DNA of 64,000 nt from the human T2T-CHM13v2.0 reference genome, Homo sapiens. Positions 37,323-51,108 of the stretch are shown piece after piece. The stretch lies in assembly GCF_009914755.1 (NCBI RefSeq), contig NC_060944.1; one strand, 5' to 3'. The position numbers were made by a program, and so were the translations under genes. The notes under the pieces are model-generated. The model was not told the DNA's origin. It worked only from the letters and a program-made list of their open reading frames with translations, and did no database searches. The stretch's first letter is position 1. Each line of letters begins with the position of its first letter.

Positions 37323-38714
37323 CATCTTTATGAGTTTCTCCAAAAGCTGAGGTCTATGTAGGCAGCTGTGGTCCACAGAAAGGGAGCCCATCCTAGACTA
37401 GAGAGACAGGAGCCGCAGCCACACGTCAGGCCCAGCACAGAGCTGCAGAACCACAGATGAGGCCCACAGAATTGTTAGCTTAATGGTTGTTGTCTTAAGC
37501 CATTAAATGTTGGCATATTTTGTCTGCAGCAACAGCCATCTGATATGGAGGGAAGGAAATTACCTGATCCCTGAGTCTAATTTCCAACCCAAAAATATAT
37601 TTGGGTAGAATCTGAATATGGGGTCAGTCCTGGAATTAGAATTGACCTCCATCCAATTTTTATTTTACTCCATCTTACAGTGGCAAAGAACTTCACGAGG
37701 CACTAGACAGTTCTGCCTGGAAGGAGGCAATAAGAATAATGTCTCTCCAGTTATTACTGAATTAATATTAGACAAATGACCTCTTCTTTCAAGTCATCCT
37801 CAGTATTTTAAGTGACTACTAGGTTTTAATCTACTGCCTCATAGTCCTTGAGGTCACTGCTACAATAGAATTTGTTCTTGAAAGATAACTCAGCTTCTTT
37901 GAAAAGAAGGGAGCAAATAATATTAAGAAGGAAAGAATAAAATAAGATTGCATGGCTAAGCAAAAAGTGAGGGGAAATAAAAGAAGAAAGAAGGAAAAAT
38001 TAATTGAACTGTGCTTTGAATGATTGGCTTGGTGGGCATTTCCTTATACTACTAAGATTACAGCAGGGAGGTTAGGTCAATATCTCCTTTCTGTACATGT
38101 ATATATCTCAGACATTTCCTATGACTTTAATTAAAGTTATTTTTAAGCTTTGGAGAAACCCAAATACAAAAGCTTATTTCAACATGATCTTTCTGGGGAC
38201 TTTGCAGGTTGCATGTTAAAGATGCATCCTATTCTGGCTTGAGTGAGGTACCTATCACTCTCCTTGACATCATTTCTCCCCAGAATCACTGTATTTACAT
38301 ACAAAAATTAATGTAAAAAGTGTGGTGAGCCACTAGGCAGATGGAAGCCTTTGACTAATTAGTTGAGAATGGTGACAACTTTGAAGACATGCTTTCGAAC
38401 AGCTTTAGCGTTGACAATGCTCTGCAAATATGGGGACACAGTGTTACTTTCTCAGGAGTTGGGAGGGGAGGAGGTACCAGGCTTGAGTCTGGTATCTTGG
38501 CTTTGGAGGAGGAACAACTGAGGCTGTGCAAGGTCACTTGGGCAGCTCAGGTGACAGTGCTGCCTGCAGAGCTCTCAGGAGCCTTTCCAGGTTTTTTGGC
38601 CTCTTCCGTTTCTTCTTTCTGGATCTGTGGATGGGAGACTTTTTCCCTGTCAGTCCAGACCCTGTCTCAGATGCCCTATGCCTTACACAGCTGGTCCTTT
38701 TTGCTTCTGGACCA

Positions 38715-38860
38715 TCTACATAGATGTAAGAATCACCTGAAGAGCTTGTCAAACCCAGACACCTGGGTCACCCTCCCAGCCATTCAGGTCCTGCATGTCT
38801 AGCCAGCTCCCAGGTGATGTTGATGTTGATGTTGGTATCTTGAGGGACCACACTTGGTGT
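38715..38860. mobile_element. MER5-family MITE
   Basis: GAATCACCTGAAGAGCTTGTCAAA...CTCCCAGGTGATGTTGATG...GGGACCACACTTG. Confidence 0.6.
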
Positions 38861-38896
38861 ATCTCTGCTCTAAAGAGCGATACATTGATGTAAGCA

Positions 38897-39198
38897 CAGG
38901 GTTGCAAACTGGCCTCCTGCAGGCCAATTCCAGCCCTAGAATCTATTTCTTTCCTTGTAATATTTTAAAGGAAAATTACCCACAAAAATCTAAATGTTTT
39001 GTCTTCTTTTGCAAAATGAAAACGTCTGTCATTGTCAATGGTGACAATTGCCTTTAAGTCTCAGCATTCTTATTTTGAAGGGACATACACTCTTCAGTTT
39101 GCTACAGTCCCCATCATCCCCTCTTGCATTACACCAGGCCACATTCATTGTTGTCTTAATGCGTCAGGTCTCTATTGGCCCCTAAGTTTGTGTCCTCT
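38897..39198. mobile_element. MER102-like hAT-Charlie element
   Basis: CAGGGTTGCAAACTGGCCTCCTGCAGGCCAATTCCAGCCC...CAGTTTGCTACAGTCCCCA...AGTTTGTGTCCTCT. Confidence 0.6.
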
Positions 39199-39416
39199 AA
39201 CTTAAGTTTGCATAATACTAATTAATTAGTATTAACTTTCAGGGCTTTCTGGAGATAAGGCCTTAATTAAGAAGTGTCGTACTGATAGGGGAAGTCTCAG
39301 AATGCAGTGGCTAGCTTCTGCAGAGAATTGTGGGGCTTCTCCAGTGACCCCACAGAAGAGTTACCTGCCACGTCTCCATGAGATTAACCCAGTTTCCCAA
39401 AAGTTGACATATAATA

Positions 39417-39783
39417 CAGTCATGTACTATATAACCATGTTTCTGTCAGCAATGGACCACATATGTGATGGCATTTCCTTAAGATTAAAAAGATTATAAT
39501 ATCCTGTTTTTACTGCACTTTTCCCATGTTTAGATAGGTTTAGACACACAAATACCATTGTGTTACAATTGCCTGCAATATTCAATAAGTCACATGCTGC
39601 ACAGGCTTGTAACCTAGGAGAAAGACACCATATAGTAACCTAGGAGCAACCCACCATATAGCCTGGGTGAGTAGTAGGCTCTACCATTTAGGTTGGTGAA
39701 AATACACTCTGTGATGTTCACACAATGATGAAATCACCTAATGATGCATTTCTCAGAGCATATCCCCGTGTGACACATGATTG
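39417..39783 (+). mobile_element. Tigger3a (Golem/MER7-type) TcMar DNA transposon, near full-length
   Basis: TIRs CAGTCATG.../...CATGATTG, each flanked by TA; internal CCATTGTGTTACAATTGCCT, CCTAGGAGCAA, ATGCATTTCTCAGAGCATATCCCCGT. Confidence 0.88.
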
Positions 39784-39999
39784 TAATGTAGAAATAGAAG
39801 AGAAAACACTATTCACACCCTTTTGGGAAGAAAGAGCCTTTATAAGCTCTTTTCTTAAACTACAATGTGTCTGGGCTAATAGAAACTTAAGTCAGGTTAA
39901 AAGATGCAAAAAGTTTACCAGGGTTCTATTTATGAAGAACTCCATTTTCTTCTTCCATTCCTCCTCCCTCAATTCCCCTAAAAGATGCCATATGTAGTT

Positions 40000-40475
40000 G
40001 ACTGGGAGCCCTGGCTGGGTTCGAATTCTGACCTGGAAGTTTACTTTCTGCATTACTTTGGTTAAATTATTGAACTTATGAGTGCATTGACTTCCCCATG
40101 CATAAATCACACTGACCTCCCAGGATTATATGTGATGATTAAATGAGATAAGTCATGTAGAGGTTGTAGAACAGCCTGTTGCCTAGTGATGTCAGTCATT
40201 GTCATTACCGTCTGCTTCCTGTCATAATAAGTGCATTGGTGGAGGGATCCAGCCAATCTAAGCTCCAATTCCTAACCTAGCAGGTGTTGAGCATGTGACC
40301 TTGAACGATGCTACCTCTTCTTTTATTTATACCTTCAACAGATATTTGTTGAGCCTCTATTTCCTCATTTGTAAAATTTGGATAGTAGTATCTGCTTCAT
40401 AGAGTTGTAAAGGTTAAATGAAATAATCTATGTAAAGTATAGTGCCTGACATTTGAGAAGTGCTTAATAATTGGT
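40000..40475 (+). mobile_element. Two MIR copies
   Basis: CTGGGTTCGAATTCTGAC...GATGATTAAATGAGATA; TTTCCTCATTTGTAAAAT...GGTTAAATGAAATAATCTATGTAAAG. Confidence 0.7.
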
Positions 40476-40632
40476 TGTTCCATAGAAATTGCTATTTTTT
40501 TCAGTCAAAAATGGCTGATATTGACAGCTTTCTATAGTTCAAACTATATAAGCAGTACTATTATTGCTTTTAATAGGGTTTGTTGTTGTTGTTGTTGTTG
40601 CTGCTGTTTTATTCCTACAAACTCTGTAGGGG

Positions 40633-41152
40633 ACATATCAGTTAGCTCTTGCTATGAAACAAACTACCCCCAAACTCAGAAGGATAAAACAATAAGCCCT
40701 TATTATTTCTCGTGAGTGTATATATAAGCTCAGTGGTTCTTTTGTTCTAGGCCAGACCTGATGGTCTTGAGCAGGTTTGCTTAGTAGTCTGCAACCAGGT
40801 AAGATGACTGTGGGCTTTCTAGTCCTGAATGGCCTTGCTCACTTGTCTGGGGCAATGGAGTATCTGGACCACGTGTTTCGCCCTCTAGCAGGGTAGCCTG
40901 GGCTTATTCATGAGGTGGTGGCAAAATTATTTCAAGAAGAGTGAAATCTTTTGGGCCCAGGCATGGTACTGGCATTGTGTTGTGTCTGCTGTATCCTATT
41001 GGCCAAAGTAAGCCACATGGTCAAGCCCAGATTCAAGGGCTGAGAAAGTAGACTCTATCCTTTGACAGGAGGAGCTGAAAAGTCACATTGCCAAAGGCAA
41101 GGACACAGGCAAGGGAGGAAAATTGAGGCCTTTTTTATTTTCAACCCATCTA
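40633..41152 (-). mobile_element. MLT1H-like solo LTR
   Basis: AACAAACTACCCCCAAACTCAG...CTATTGGCCAAAGTAAGCCACATGGTCAAGCCCAGATTCAAGGG. Confidence 0.78.
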
Positions 41153-41699
41153 AGGCAGGAGATGTAAATAATACTTGTGTTCTTTGCCTCACCATTTATA
41201 TTATTTCTTTAATTTAAAAATGATTTTTGAAAAGCAGTAACAATTTCTCTATATCTTAATTATTAGGTAATTTTGATCTTTCTACCTTTTTTGGTTCTCC
41301 TGGAATTTTAGGAGGCTTCTGGCTGGGACTTACATGAAGAGGCTAATTTAGTGCCACAAATGACTCCATCTCTCTGCCTTCAAGTAAAAGAAGCAGAATC
41401 ACCTCTGCAAGAAAACAAAATAATTCTGCATCACCTTGGTTGGTTTAACACAGGTCTCTTGCTTATGAAATGCACACTTACCTTTGACATTCTTTTTTAC
41501 CGAGTACTTCTAATCATCAGTGAAGTTTTTTAAAAAGACACTGCTAAATGTATTCATATCATAAGTAGGAAAAAATCTGACCTAATTTTTAAGATCTACA
41601 GTTACTGGAGGCTTTGTGAGGACTTTAAAGGGCTTTATGGATTGAAATTATGAAAGCCAAAATTACTGTATCACTCTGTACATGCATTTTCCTGTTTTC

Positions 41700-42830
41700 T
41701 CCTCCCAACAAGATTCTAATGAAAGTATTAATACTAGTCCTATATTACAGGTTTGAGAAAATTGAGGCACAGAGGAGTTAGAAACTTGTCCAAGTCACAT
41801 AGCAAGAAGCAGGAGAGTCAAAATTTGAGCCCAGAAACTCTACATTGCAGGCTATATACTTAACCATTATGCCATCATGCAATAAAGTAAATGATTGTCC
41901 TGTCTCTAACCAAATGATATTAAGTCCTTTTCTATTCCGTGGAAGATCCAGAAGCCATTACTAGGACCATGGAGGTAGATTGCAGCTCAGTATACAAACA
42001 AATATGTATCCTAACTTTTTAGAGTTGTCTAACAACAAAAGGTGGTGTGAGGTAGGGGTTCCCAGATATGATTGAACATCACTGATTCAAGAACTTAGGC
42101 CTCAGAGACTGGGTTCAAATTCTTACTCAATGGCAGTGTCTAAGGCACCTAAGTTATTTTTGGCCTCAGTTTCATCTTAAGAAATAAACAAGCAAAAAGT
42201 AGGAACAACTCTAGGTAATTACGTGTTATTGTGAGGACAGAGTGACATATTTAAAGCTCTTAACTCATTATAGGTCACCAGCAAGGATTCATTTCCTTTC
42301 TTCATCTGCCTTAGGAGTTGTCCAATAGAACTTCCAAGTGATTTTACAGGAACTTGAGTGGTAAGAAGAGGTATTTTTGTATCAGGAAAAGGATGGGTTG
42401 AGCTACATGGTACTAAAAACATCACCTGGTGAGCTTGTTAGATACACAAATTCATGGCACTACTTCTGACCTACTGAATCCAATCATCTCTGGGTGGGGC
42501 CAGAAATCTAGTCTCAAGGTGATTCTTATGCTTCTTAAACTTTGCAATGCACTTGCCTGGATGACCTCCAAGGACTCTTACTGCTTTAATTCTGTGGTTC
42601 TGATTTATCCATCCCTCGCCACCACCCATCTAATAATTGCTCCTGTTTGCTGAATACCTCCTTTGCTCAGACATGTGAGTAAATTCTTTGCATGCATTTG
42701 TTTAATCTCTACACCAATGGAGTGGCATTATGATCATCCACACTATACAGATGAGGAAACTAAAAAGTTAAGGAACCTGCAGACTAGGATTCCAATGTGA
42801 ATCTGTCTGGAGCTTCATAGCTACAAAGCA
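41700..42830. mobile_element. Cluster of MIRs (~41700-41875 -, ~42070-42270 +, ~42640-42830 -) and a MER5 (~42410-42550)
   Basis: GAGAAAATTGAGGCACAGAG; GGCCTCAGTTTCATCT; ACAGATGAGGAAACT; CATCACCTGGTGAGCTTGTTAGA...ACCTACTGAATC. Confidence 0.65.
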
Positions 42831-43854
42831 CTCTGCCAAACGAATCCCTCCAGAGGGTCCATCTCTCAGAATTCCAAGAAGGACTCAAAGGGGAGCTATT
42901 TGTCTTTTAAATTCTCTTACTTGATAGTGCAAGGAATGAAGAAATTAATCTAATGATCCCAGACAAGTCATAGAAGGCTTGTGTGGAAGGTCATTGGCTG
43001 ATAACCTGAATCCTCTCAAGATTAAACAGTGCTGGGAGGATATGGGGCTGAGGAGAAGAGGGCCAGGCACTCTCTCCCAGGGAACTGCTCAGCGAGGAGC
43101 CACCTGGTGGGTGGAAGTGCTGCCTTAAGTGCCCTGCAGTTGAGACATCCAGCTGTAGATAATTATTTTTTCCCAACTATAAATAAAATGATCCTTAAGA
43201 AGAATAAAAAGGAGAAAAGCAGTTGGGAAGCCTCATGTATACTCTCCCCATCCACTGCATTGGATGATAAAGCAATGAGTTAATTTTAACCATTTCCTGC
43301 CACCTGACACCTTTTCTGCTGGTAATGTGTCTGTAAGGAACTGGTCTCGAAGCAAAATTTATGGTCAGCTAAGCCCGGAGAAGAGGTGACTATGTGCACT
43401 TTCCTGCTCTGTGGTCCTGACAAGGAAAACCCACAGCACAAATCTACAGTTTATTTTGTGCGGGGAGAAAGACCTTGTGTCCCCTCACCCTGGAACCCCT
43501 ACCTCCGCTTTGCATGTGCTTCAGCCACACAGATGTATGCTTCCAGCACTGGCCTCCTGCCTGGGCACTGCTCAATGTAAGTGGGGCCTCGAGATATAGA
43601 CAATGATCAGGATTTCAGATGATTTGAGAAGGAAGTCCCCTGGGCCCAACTCAAACCACCTCCAGCACCAGAATTTCACAAGCTGACATCAGTCCTTTGG
43701 TGAAGCATTCTTCCTCTTATAAAATGAAAAATATGCCTGGAATGAAAACACACCAACCCTCCTCTCTCATTTGAACCATTATAATCAAAAAAGTTATTTT
43801 TTTATGACTCGATTTTGATGGGTTTGGGGACAGAGACTACAGAAGCCATGGATA

Positions 43855-44013
43855 TGTGCTGTTCAATGTGTGGTTTCCATCAGCAGCGCTGCACCTCCTG
43901 GAGCCTGGAAGAAATGCAGAGTCTCAGGTGCCGTCTCCCACCTCCTGAATCAGAATCTGCATTTTAAAACATCCCCAGGTGATTGTGTGCATATTAAACT
44001 TTGGGAGGTACTG
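43855..44013. mobile_element. MER5A1
   Basis: AGAAATGCAGAGTCTCAGG...CCTCCTGAATCAGAATCTGCATTTTAAAACATCCCCAGGTGATT. Confidence 0.78.
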
Positions 44014-44687
44014 ATCTAGATGTCTGAGACTGAAATGGCACCACATAGTAGTCATGTGGGGCAAGGAAAGAGGCCCAGAGATCGTTTAGCCTGGTGGGCA
44101 AACACATAATCTAGAAATGCAGACAAAATCCTCAAAATGCATGCAGAGCAGAAAGCAGCTGAGAGATCAAGATGTAATCTCTAACCATGGGTCAACATTT
44201 AGGTCAATAGCAATATCTCTTGGTGGCCTCTTAGGGACGGAGCCCTGGACTCTCAGTGAGTAATAACAAACAAAGGTAAGAATAACAAACAGAGGTAAGA
44301 ATGGTATTGCCTGGTTGACATCTGCTAGGCAACCTTCCACAGCAAAATTCCAGTTAAAAATTTCAAATGTGACTGTCTGACAAATTGTCAGACATCATAT
44401 TTTCTACCCGAAACCTATTTTGGTTTTCAGTTCCCACTGAATGTTGTCCATGAGGTACTGAGCCAAATGGTGGGCTTCCCAGACCCTTATCTTGATGCCT
44501 GAGAGTCTGAGAGTCTCCAGGTATTTGAGTCTAAAGGTGAAGAAGGATCATTGTCCTGGACACTGTAGATGGGGGAGGTCCAGGAGGGTAGAGCCTGGGC
44601 TGAAGACTGGGGACACTGTGTTATGTTTCCTCTGGTTAATTCAGCCAAGCCTGCCACAAACCTGTAGGAGAAACTATTGATAGTTGG

Positions 44688-44962
<275 letters not shown>

Positions 44963-46194
44963 AAACTTGTCTGTGTGGGCCATGTTGCCTGTGTTGCCTG
45001 TTATTGTGAATTGGAGAGAAAAGTTTAAATTGTCACATATTTGTTTCTAAAACATTATTATAAATAAGTAGTTCAGCAATTTCAGTAAAACCTCATAGAC
45101 TTTACACTCTTCAGCTGAGGATGGATTTAGGTTCCTCAGTCCCAGCTCCACCATCAGCTACTTTGTAGCTACGATCTGAAGCATGCATGGGTGGGAGCTG
45201 AAGTCTGCAGGAATCCATAGCGCATCTTCTGTGAAGGGAGGCAACTTTGTAATTCAGATCACACTCAGGATGATGTGGGGTTCCAGGTTAGGAAATATTC
45301 TCTTCCATGAAATGGAACACATGTATACGATAATTTAACATCAATGGAAATGTCGAATCCTAATGAGATACACAGAGACTGCTCTGGTACCTATGGAACC
45401 GCATTGCAAATCTCCACAATGTTATCTACATAGAATATAAATCTCTTCACCACCAGGCCCTGATGCGTCTCATCCAGTTTAAAATTCTTGAAGATGATTT
45501 TATCATTCCCCAACAGTGAGGAAGAACTGGAGACCCTGGTTGGGGAGGGAGCAATTTATAGAAATGAAAATAGATAATTAAGCTTTAAACTAAATAAAAT
45601 AGATAAGAACTAGTTACTGAGAGAATTCAAATGAGGCAATTATGTGCTGCAGAATCTCAGCAGGTCTAGATTTTCAGGGAGAGGCAAGCTTTCTTGTTTA
45701 TAAGCAAGTCTCTTATTACACAAGGTTTAATTGGGGATGCTAATACCTGTATCTCTTCGCAGTCATGATGTCTCATCCACAGTAAACCCCAAGCATCTAT
45801 CGGCAACATCAGCATTTGGTGGTCTGTAGAAAGGTCTCTATTCAAAAGCATGGACCTTTTTATCCTAACGTCTTTTCTGTATGTTCCTAAGGAATTAAAT
45901 CCATCTCAATCTTCACATTCCATCAGTGTCTCATTTACTCAGGGACTGTTCTAGAGACAGGGCAGATCCTGAACTCCTAGGGCTTACATTCCACTGGAGG
46001 AAACAACCAAAATACATGTAATAAATCTACACTGAAGGTATGAGAGGGAAAAGGACACTAAGACATAGTATAACTAAGGTAGGTAGGTGACTGCCTGTTA
46101 CACATGACAGTCAGAAAGAGGGAGGTCCAGACAGAGAGAACAGCAAGAGCAAAAGGCCGAGGCAGGGATGAACTCGGTATGTGTATTTTTCTTT

Positions 46195-46640
46195 TTAACT
46201 AATGTTTATAGCACTTATCAAACACTGGAAACTGACCTAAATAATTTGCAAGGACTAGCTCCTTTAATCCTCATAAAAACTCTGAGTTAAATACTATTAT
46301 TATTTGTAAAATGCAGTATTTTATAAGAAAGTTGAGGCACAGAGAGTTTAAGTAGCCTGCCCAAGGTCACACAGCTGGCAAGTCATACAGCCAGGATTCA
46401 AACCCAAGTCTGACCCCAAGGTCTGCGCTCGTAACTGTTTTGCCAGTGGTTCCCAAACACTGCTGCACGTTGGAACCCCCTGGAAATCTTCAAAAAAACA
46501 ACAAAACAATGATGACAACAACAAAAAAACAAACAAAAACAAAATTGATGCCTGGCTCCCTTGCCTCGCCATTCAGATATAATTGGCGTGAAGCAAGAGT
46601 TGGGCACTGGGGTTTTGAAAGCTCCTAGGAGGTTGGGATA
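46195..46640. mobile_element. MIR (-) followed by a MER5B-like element
   Basis: GAGGCACAGAGAG...GCCCAAGGTCACACAGCT...GGATTCAAACCCAAGTCTG; then CAGTGGTTCCCAAAC...GCTGCACGTTGGAA. Confidence 0.7.
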
Positions 46641-48353
46641 TGGGACAGATTTGGGGACCAAGGGCATCGTGCCATGTCCCACTTAGCATTTGAGTGTTTG
46701 AGGGCCTCAAACAACACCAGCCTGTCTAGGCTTGGTGAATAAGGGAGAGAGAGGCATTCCCTCCCTTCTTGTTTCAGTTGGTTCACTTTTTTCTATTTTT
46801 ACACTTGCCAAAATCAAAAACATCCACATAAAGCAGGTGAGCTCCTTTGAATCAAGAGGGCTGTGGTTGCAACAGAGATATCATTCACATCAGCAGTATG
46901 TTGTCAGGGCCTCAGTGTGCCTGGCTCTTACCCATGCCTGGTGCACTCCCACCTTGCTGCTTGACCTCAGGAGAACACCCACAAAGGCCACCAGAGGCCA
47001 GCCTTGCTGGGACAGTGGCAGGGACAGAGCTAGTCCCTGTCCTGAGGGGCGTCAGCCCTTCCCTTTCGAGTGGGCTCCTTTTGTATTTTCTGCAGAAGTC
47101 ATTGCTGAGTGAAAGTGGACCTTGTTTTTCTTCACCCTACCAATTGGCTGACTTGTATTCATGCTACATATTGCTCTGCCATTCACCAGAAAGTTCGGCG
47201 AAAACACCTAGTGGTCAACTACAGGCCATGGGGAAAAGTCTGGGCTGTGTCTGCTCTGGGATCACAGTGAGCATGGACACTTAGGGAGATGCCAGGGAAT
47301 TTATTTAGCCTGTAGGTACTACAGAACTAGGTAGGGGTAAGATTGCATTGTCGATTTCAAGTTTTGGCTCAGACATATCCCTACTATCTCCCCAAGGTTG
47401 GGAACTAGGGCTATTTTCCTGGGGCCAAGGTTCTCCTTGGTAAAACTGAGGCAGGTTAGGTGGCCACTACGGGGCTGTGGCTCAAGATTTCATTGGTGTA
47501 GGGGGGAAGTTGGTTTGAGCATCTGCAATAGGCCTTCCAGAGTCTATTGACTCTAGAATGGGGAAATGTTAACTGCTCGGAAGACTGAGGAAATGTCCTT
47601 TCCCTGTTGATTAAAAAAGAGCACAAGGAAGTTGGGAGAATTTCCCAACACCATCTTTGGTGAGTTGTTTAACTGGAATTGGAAGTGTTTTTGCCAGGCG
47701 TGGCTGGTTACACTCCTCACCCCTATTCAAGTGGAAGGAAGCCTTCTAAAGACTCCTAAATGGGCAGTGAAGCAATGAAAGAGGTAATTAAAGCCCAGAT
47801 GTCAAGGATAGGCTTGGTATTACTTACAGTGCTACAGCATAATATTTTATGTGATTAAAATGTTTCATAGGGTAGCAAAGTCTGTGTTGTAAAATGCCCC
47901 ATCAAAGTCCCAGCTGGTGAACCAGGGATTATGAAACAAAGTTGCAGGTTGCAAGGCCAGTGCCATCCACATTCTCCATTCATGTTGTGCACAATTAGCA
48001 TCCATGAGTAATGGCTCAGAGCTGACTACCAGTGTAAAGTTTTATGGGGCTTTCTACAGAAAGACAGAAAAGTCAAATGCACGTCAAAGACACCTGATTA
48101 AATTCTATTCCTTTAATATTTCTAAAACTATGAAATATTAGGACTAAGAGTTGTATTTGCTCCTAATTTCAAACTATTTGGAGATTTCATGAAAAGTCAT
48201 ATGCTAAGGTAAAATTTTAAAACACTGGTGATATGTGATAAGTATTAGCTAAGTTAATTCTCAGCCTGTGGATTGTGGAGAGGTGATGGTGGTGAGGGGG
48301 CCATGGGAGGATTCTTTTCAGGATCTATTACAGGGAGTCTGAATCTGTATGTA

Positions 48354-49139
<786 letters not shown>

Positions 49140-50559
49140 TATATCACACATTGTATATAGACTCTCTCTCTGTCTCTCATTTATATACATATAGTAGGTG
49201 CTAATCAGTTGAATAAAAACTTTACAGATTTCACACCAGCCTTTTTGCCATATTCTATTTTCTTAATCAGCAAACATTAGAATTTTAATAATAAATATCC
49301 TGCCCCTTTTCCTTGAAATAAAAAGGAATGAAATCCTTGTATTAATGATGTGGCAGTAAGTAATGAAACCAAGCTCAGATGGTGTGAGAGAATGAACACC
49401 TGTGCTCTCTTCCTCCTGGTTGGGAGAATTCTAGGTCTGTCACTAGATCTGGACTGAATCAGGCCATTGGGCAGAGCAACAGGCCTGAGGGGGCCAGGTT
49501 CTGCTGTGCTTACCCACACTGGAGAAAGAGGAAAGCCAGTGTCTCAAGAGGTTGGCAGAACAGATCCGGGGATGGAAAAGAGTGGGAATGAAGGGTCTGG
49601 AAGTACAATGGCTCTGGTTTGTTGGAGAGTTAGGAGAGTTTAAGAGAGAAGAAGGAGAGGACATTGGGGTAGCTTCTATAGATGTGAAATATTAAAGAAA
49701 TATAAATATCAGGAAATATGATTTTAAACTGTCTTTAAATTTAAAGTGGACAAATAGAATCCCCTCTCAAAAGACTTCAGGAAAGATTCAACTGGCATTT
49801 TAGGTGTTTAGCTGATGGATCATTATTTCTTTGAAAATAACACTATACAGGAATGAACTTTCGGGGAGAAGCCATGGAAGGCATCATTGTATACAGATTA
49901 CAATGGCTCTGCAATTTCCATGCCCTTTCTCCCTTTCTTCCCCACTGACACCCCATGCATCTGGAAAGAACAGCTGCTGCAGCTAGAGAGACTGAGCATG
50001 AGCCCGATGAGGTCAGAATCTCTGATAGGCAAATGGATTTGGACCTTGTCATTCTTAATGCATGAAAGTTAATACCCTGGTGGAAATCACTGGTAATTTG
50101 CTGGCAATAGCTGAGTTATGGTTTTAGGTAGCACATCAGCAAAAGAGGTCATGAGAGGGAGAAAATTGGAATATTAAAAATACTGTCATTTTAGAGGGAA
50201 GGGGACTTTTTTCTAGAACTTGGAGGGAACAGCTTGCCATTACAGATGGCCAGGTCCATTACTAAGGGGTGCCGAGGGGCAAGAATTACACAAGGTAACA
50301 CAATACTAATTTGGAGCTCTGGAAACCCAGGACTCACCTCCCAATCATAAGCACTATGCCATGCTTATCTTCCTGCCAAATGTGAGTGCAGTCATGCAAC
50401 ACCAAATTCATACTGGTGGCCATGGTCAAGGGGAAGACACAAGGTCAGGAGGGAAACCTCTAACACTGCTTCATCATAGAGAAGGCTGAGTTTATACAAA
50501 ACCAGAGGAAATCATGTGAAGTGGAAACCCCAAGGACCCAGGAGCTTTGGTTAAATTTC

Positions 50560-50782
50560 CTCTCAAAGCAAAGCATCTTGTAATTTTCATTCTTAGCACT
50601 CCTTACAATTACAATTAGACATTGAGTAATTATTTATTTATTGTCTTTCTCTTTAGACTGTAAGTTCCATGTGAGCAAGGATACTCAGGGTATTGTCTTG
50701 TGTGTGGATATATCCCTAGTGCCCAGCACAGCATCTAGCTCATGATAGGTGCTCAACGATTATTGGTTCAGTGAGGGAATAA
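50560..50782 (+). mobile_element. L2 3' end
   Basis: TAGACTGTAAGTTCCATGTGAGCAAGG...TATATCCCTAGTGCCCAGCACAG...TAGGTGCTCAA. Confidence 0.75.
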
Positions 50783-50959
50783 AATTAGTGTCATTGAAGG
50801 TGGAACAGGAAATGAACACTCAAGTCTAGGGGATGGATGGTAAAGGAATATGATCTAGAAGAAAGAGGTAAGACGAAACTCTGTACAAATACAGATTTAG
50901 GCAAAGCAAGTAAGTTCCTCCCATTGAGGGTAAGACTGGGTCCTCTACAACATGGGTGC

Positions 50960-51108
50960 ATAAATTACAGTCCATGGACCAGGAATATTAGCATCACCTG
51001 GGAGTTTTATGGGCTTGAAGGATCTTGGCCCCATTTGCTAAAATAGAATCTGCATTTAAACAGATGTCTAGGTGATTTATGGGCACATTACAGTCTGAGA
51101 AGCACTGC
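50960..51108. mobile_element. MER5A1
   Basis: AGCATCACCTGGGAG...AGAATCTGCATTTAAACAGATG...TGAGAAGCACTG. Confidence 0.75.
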
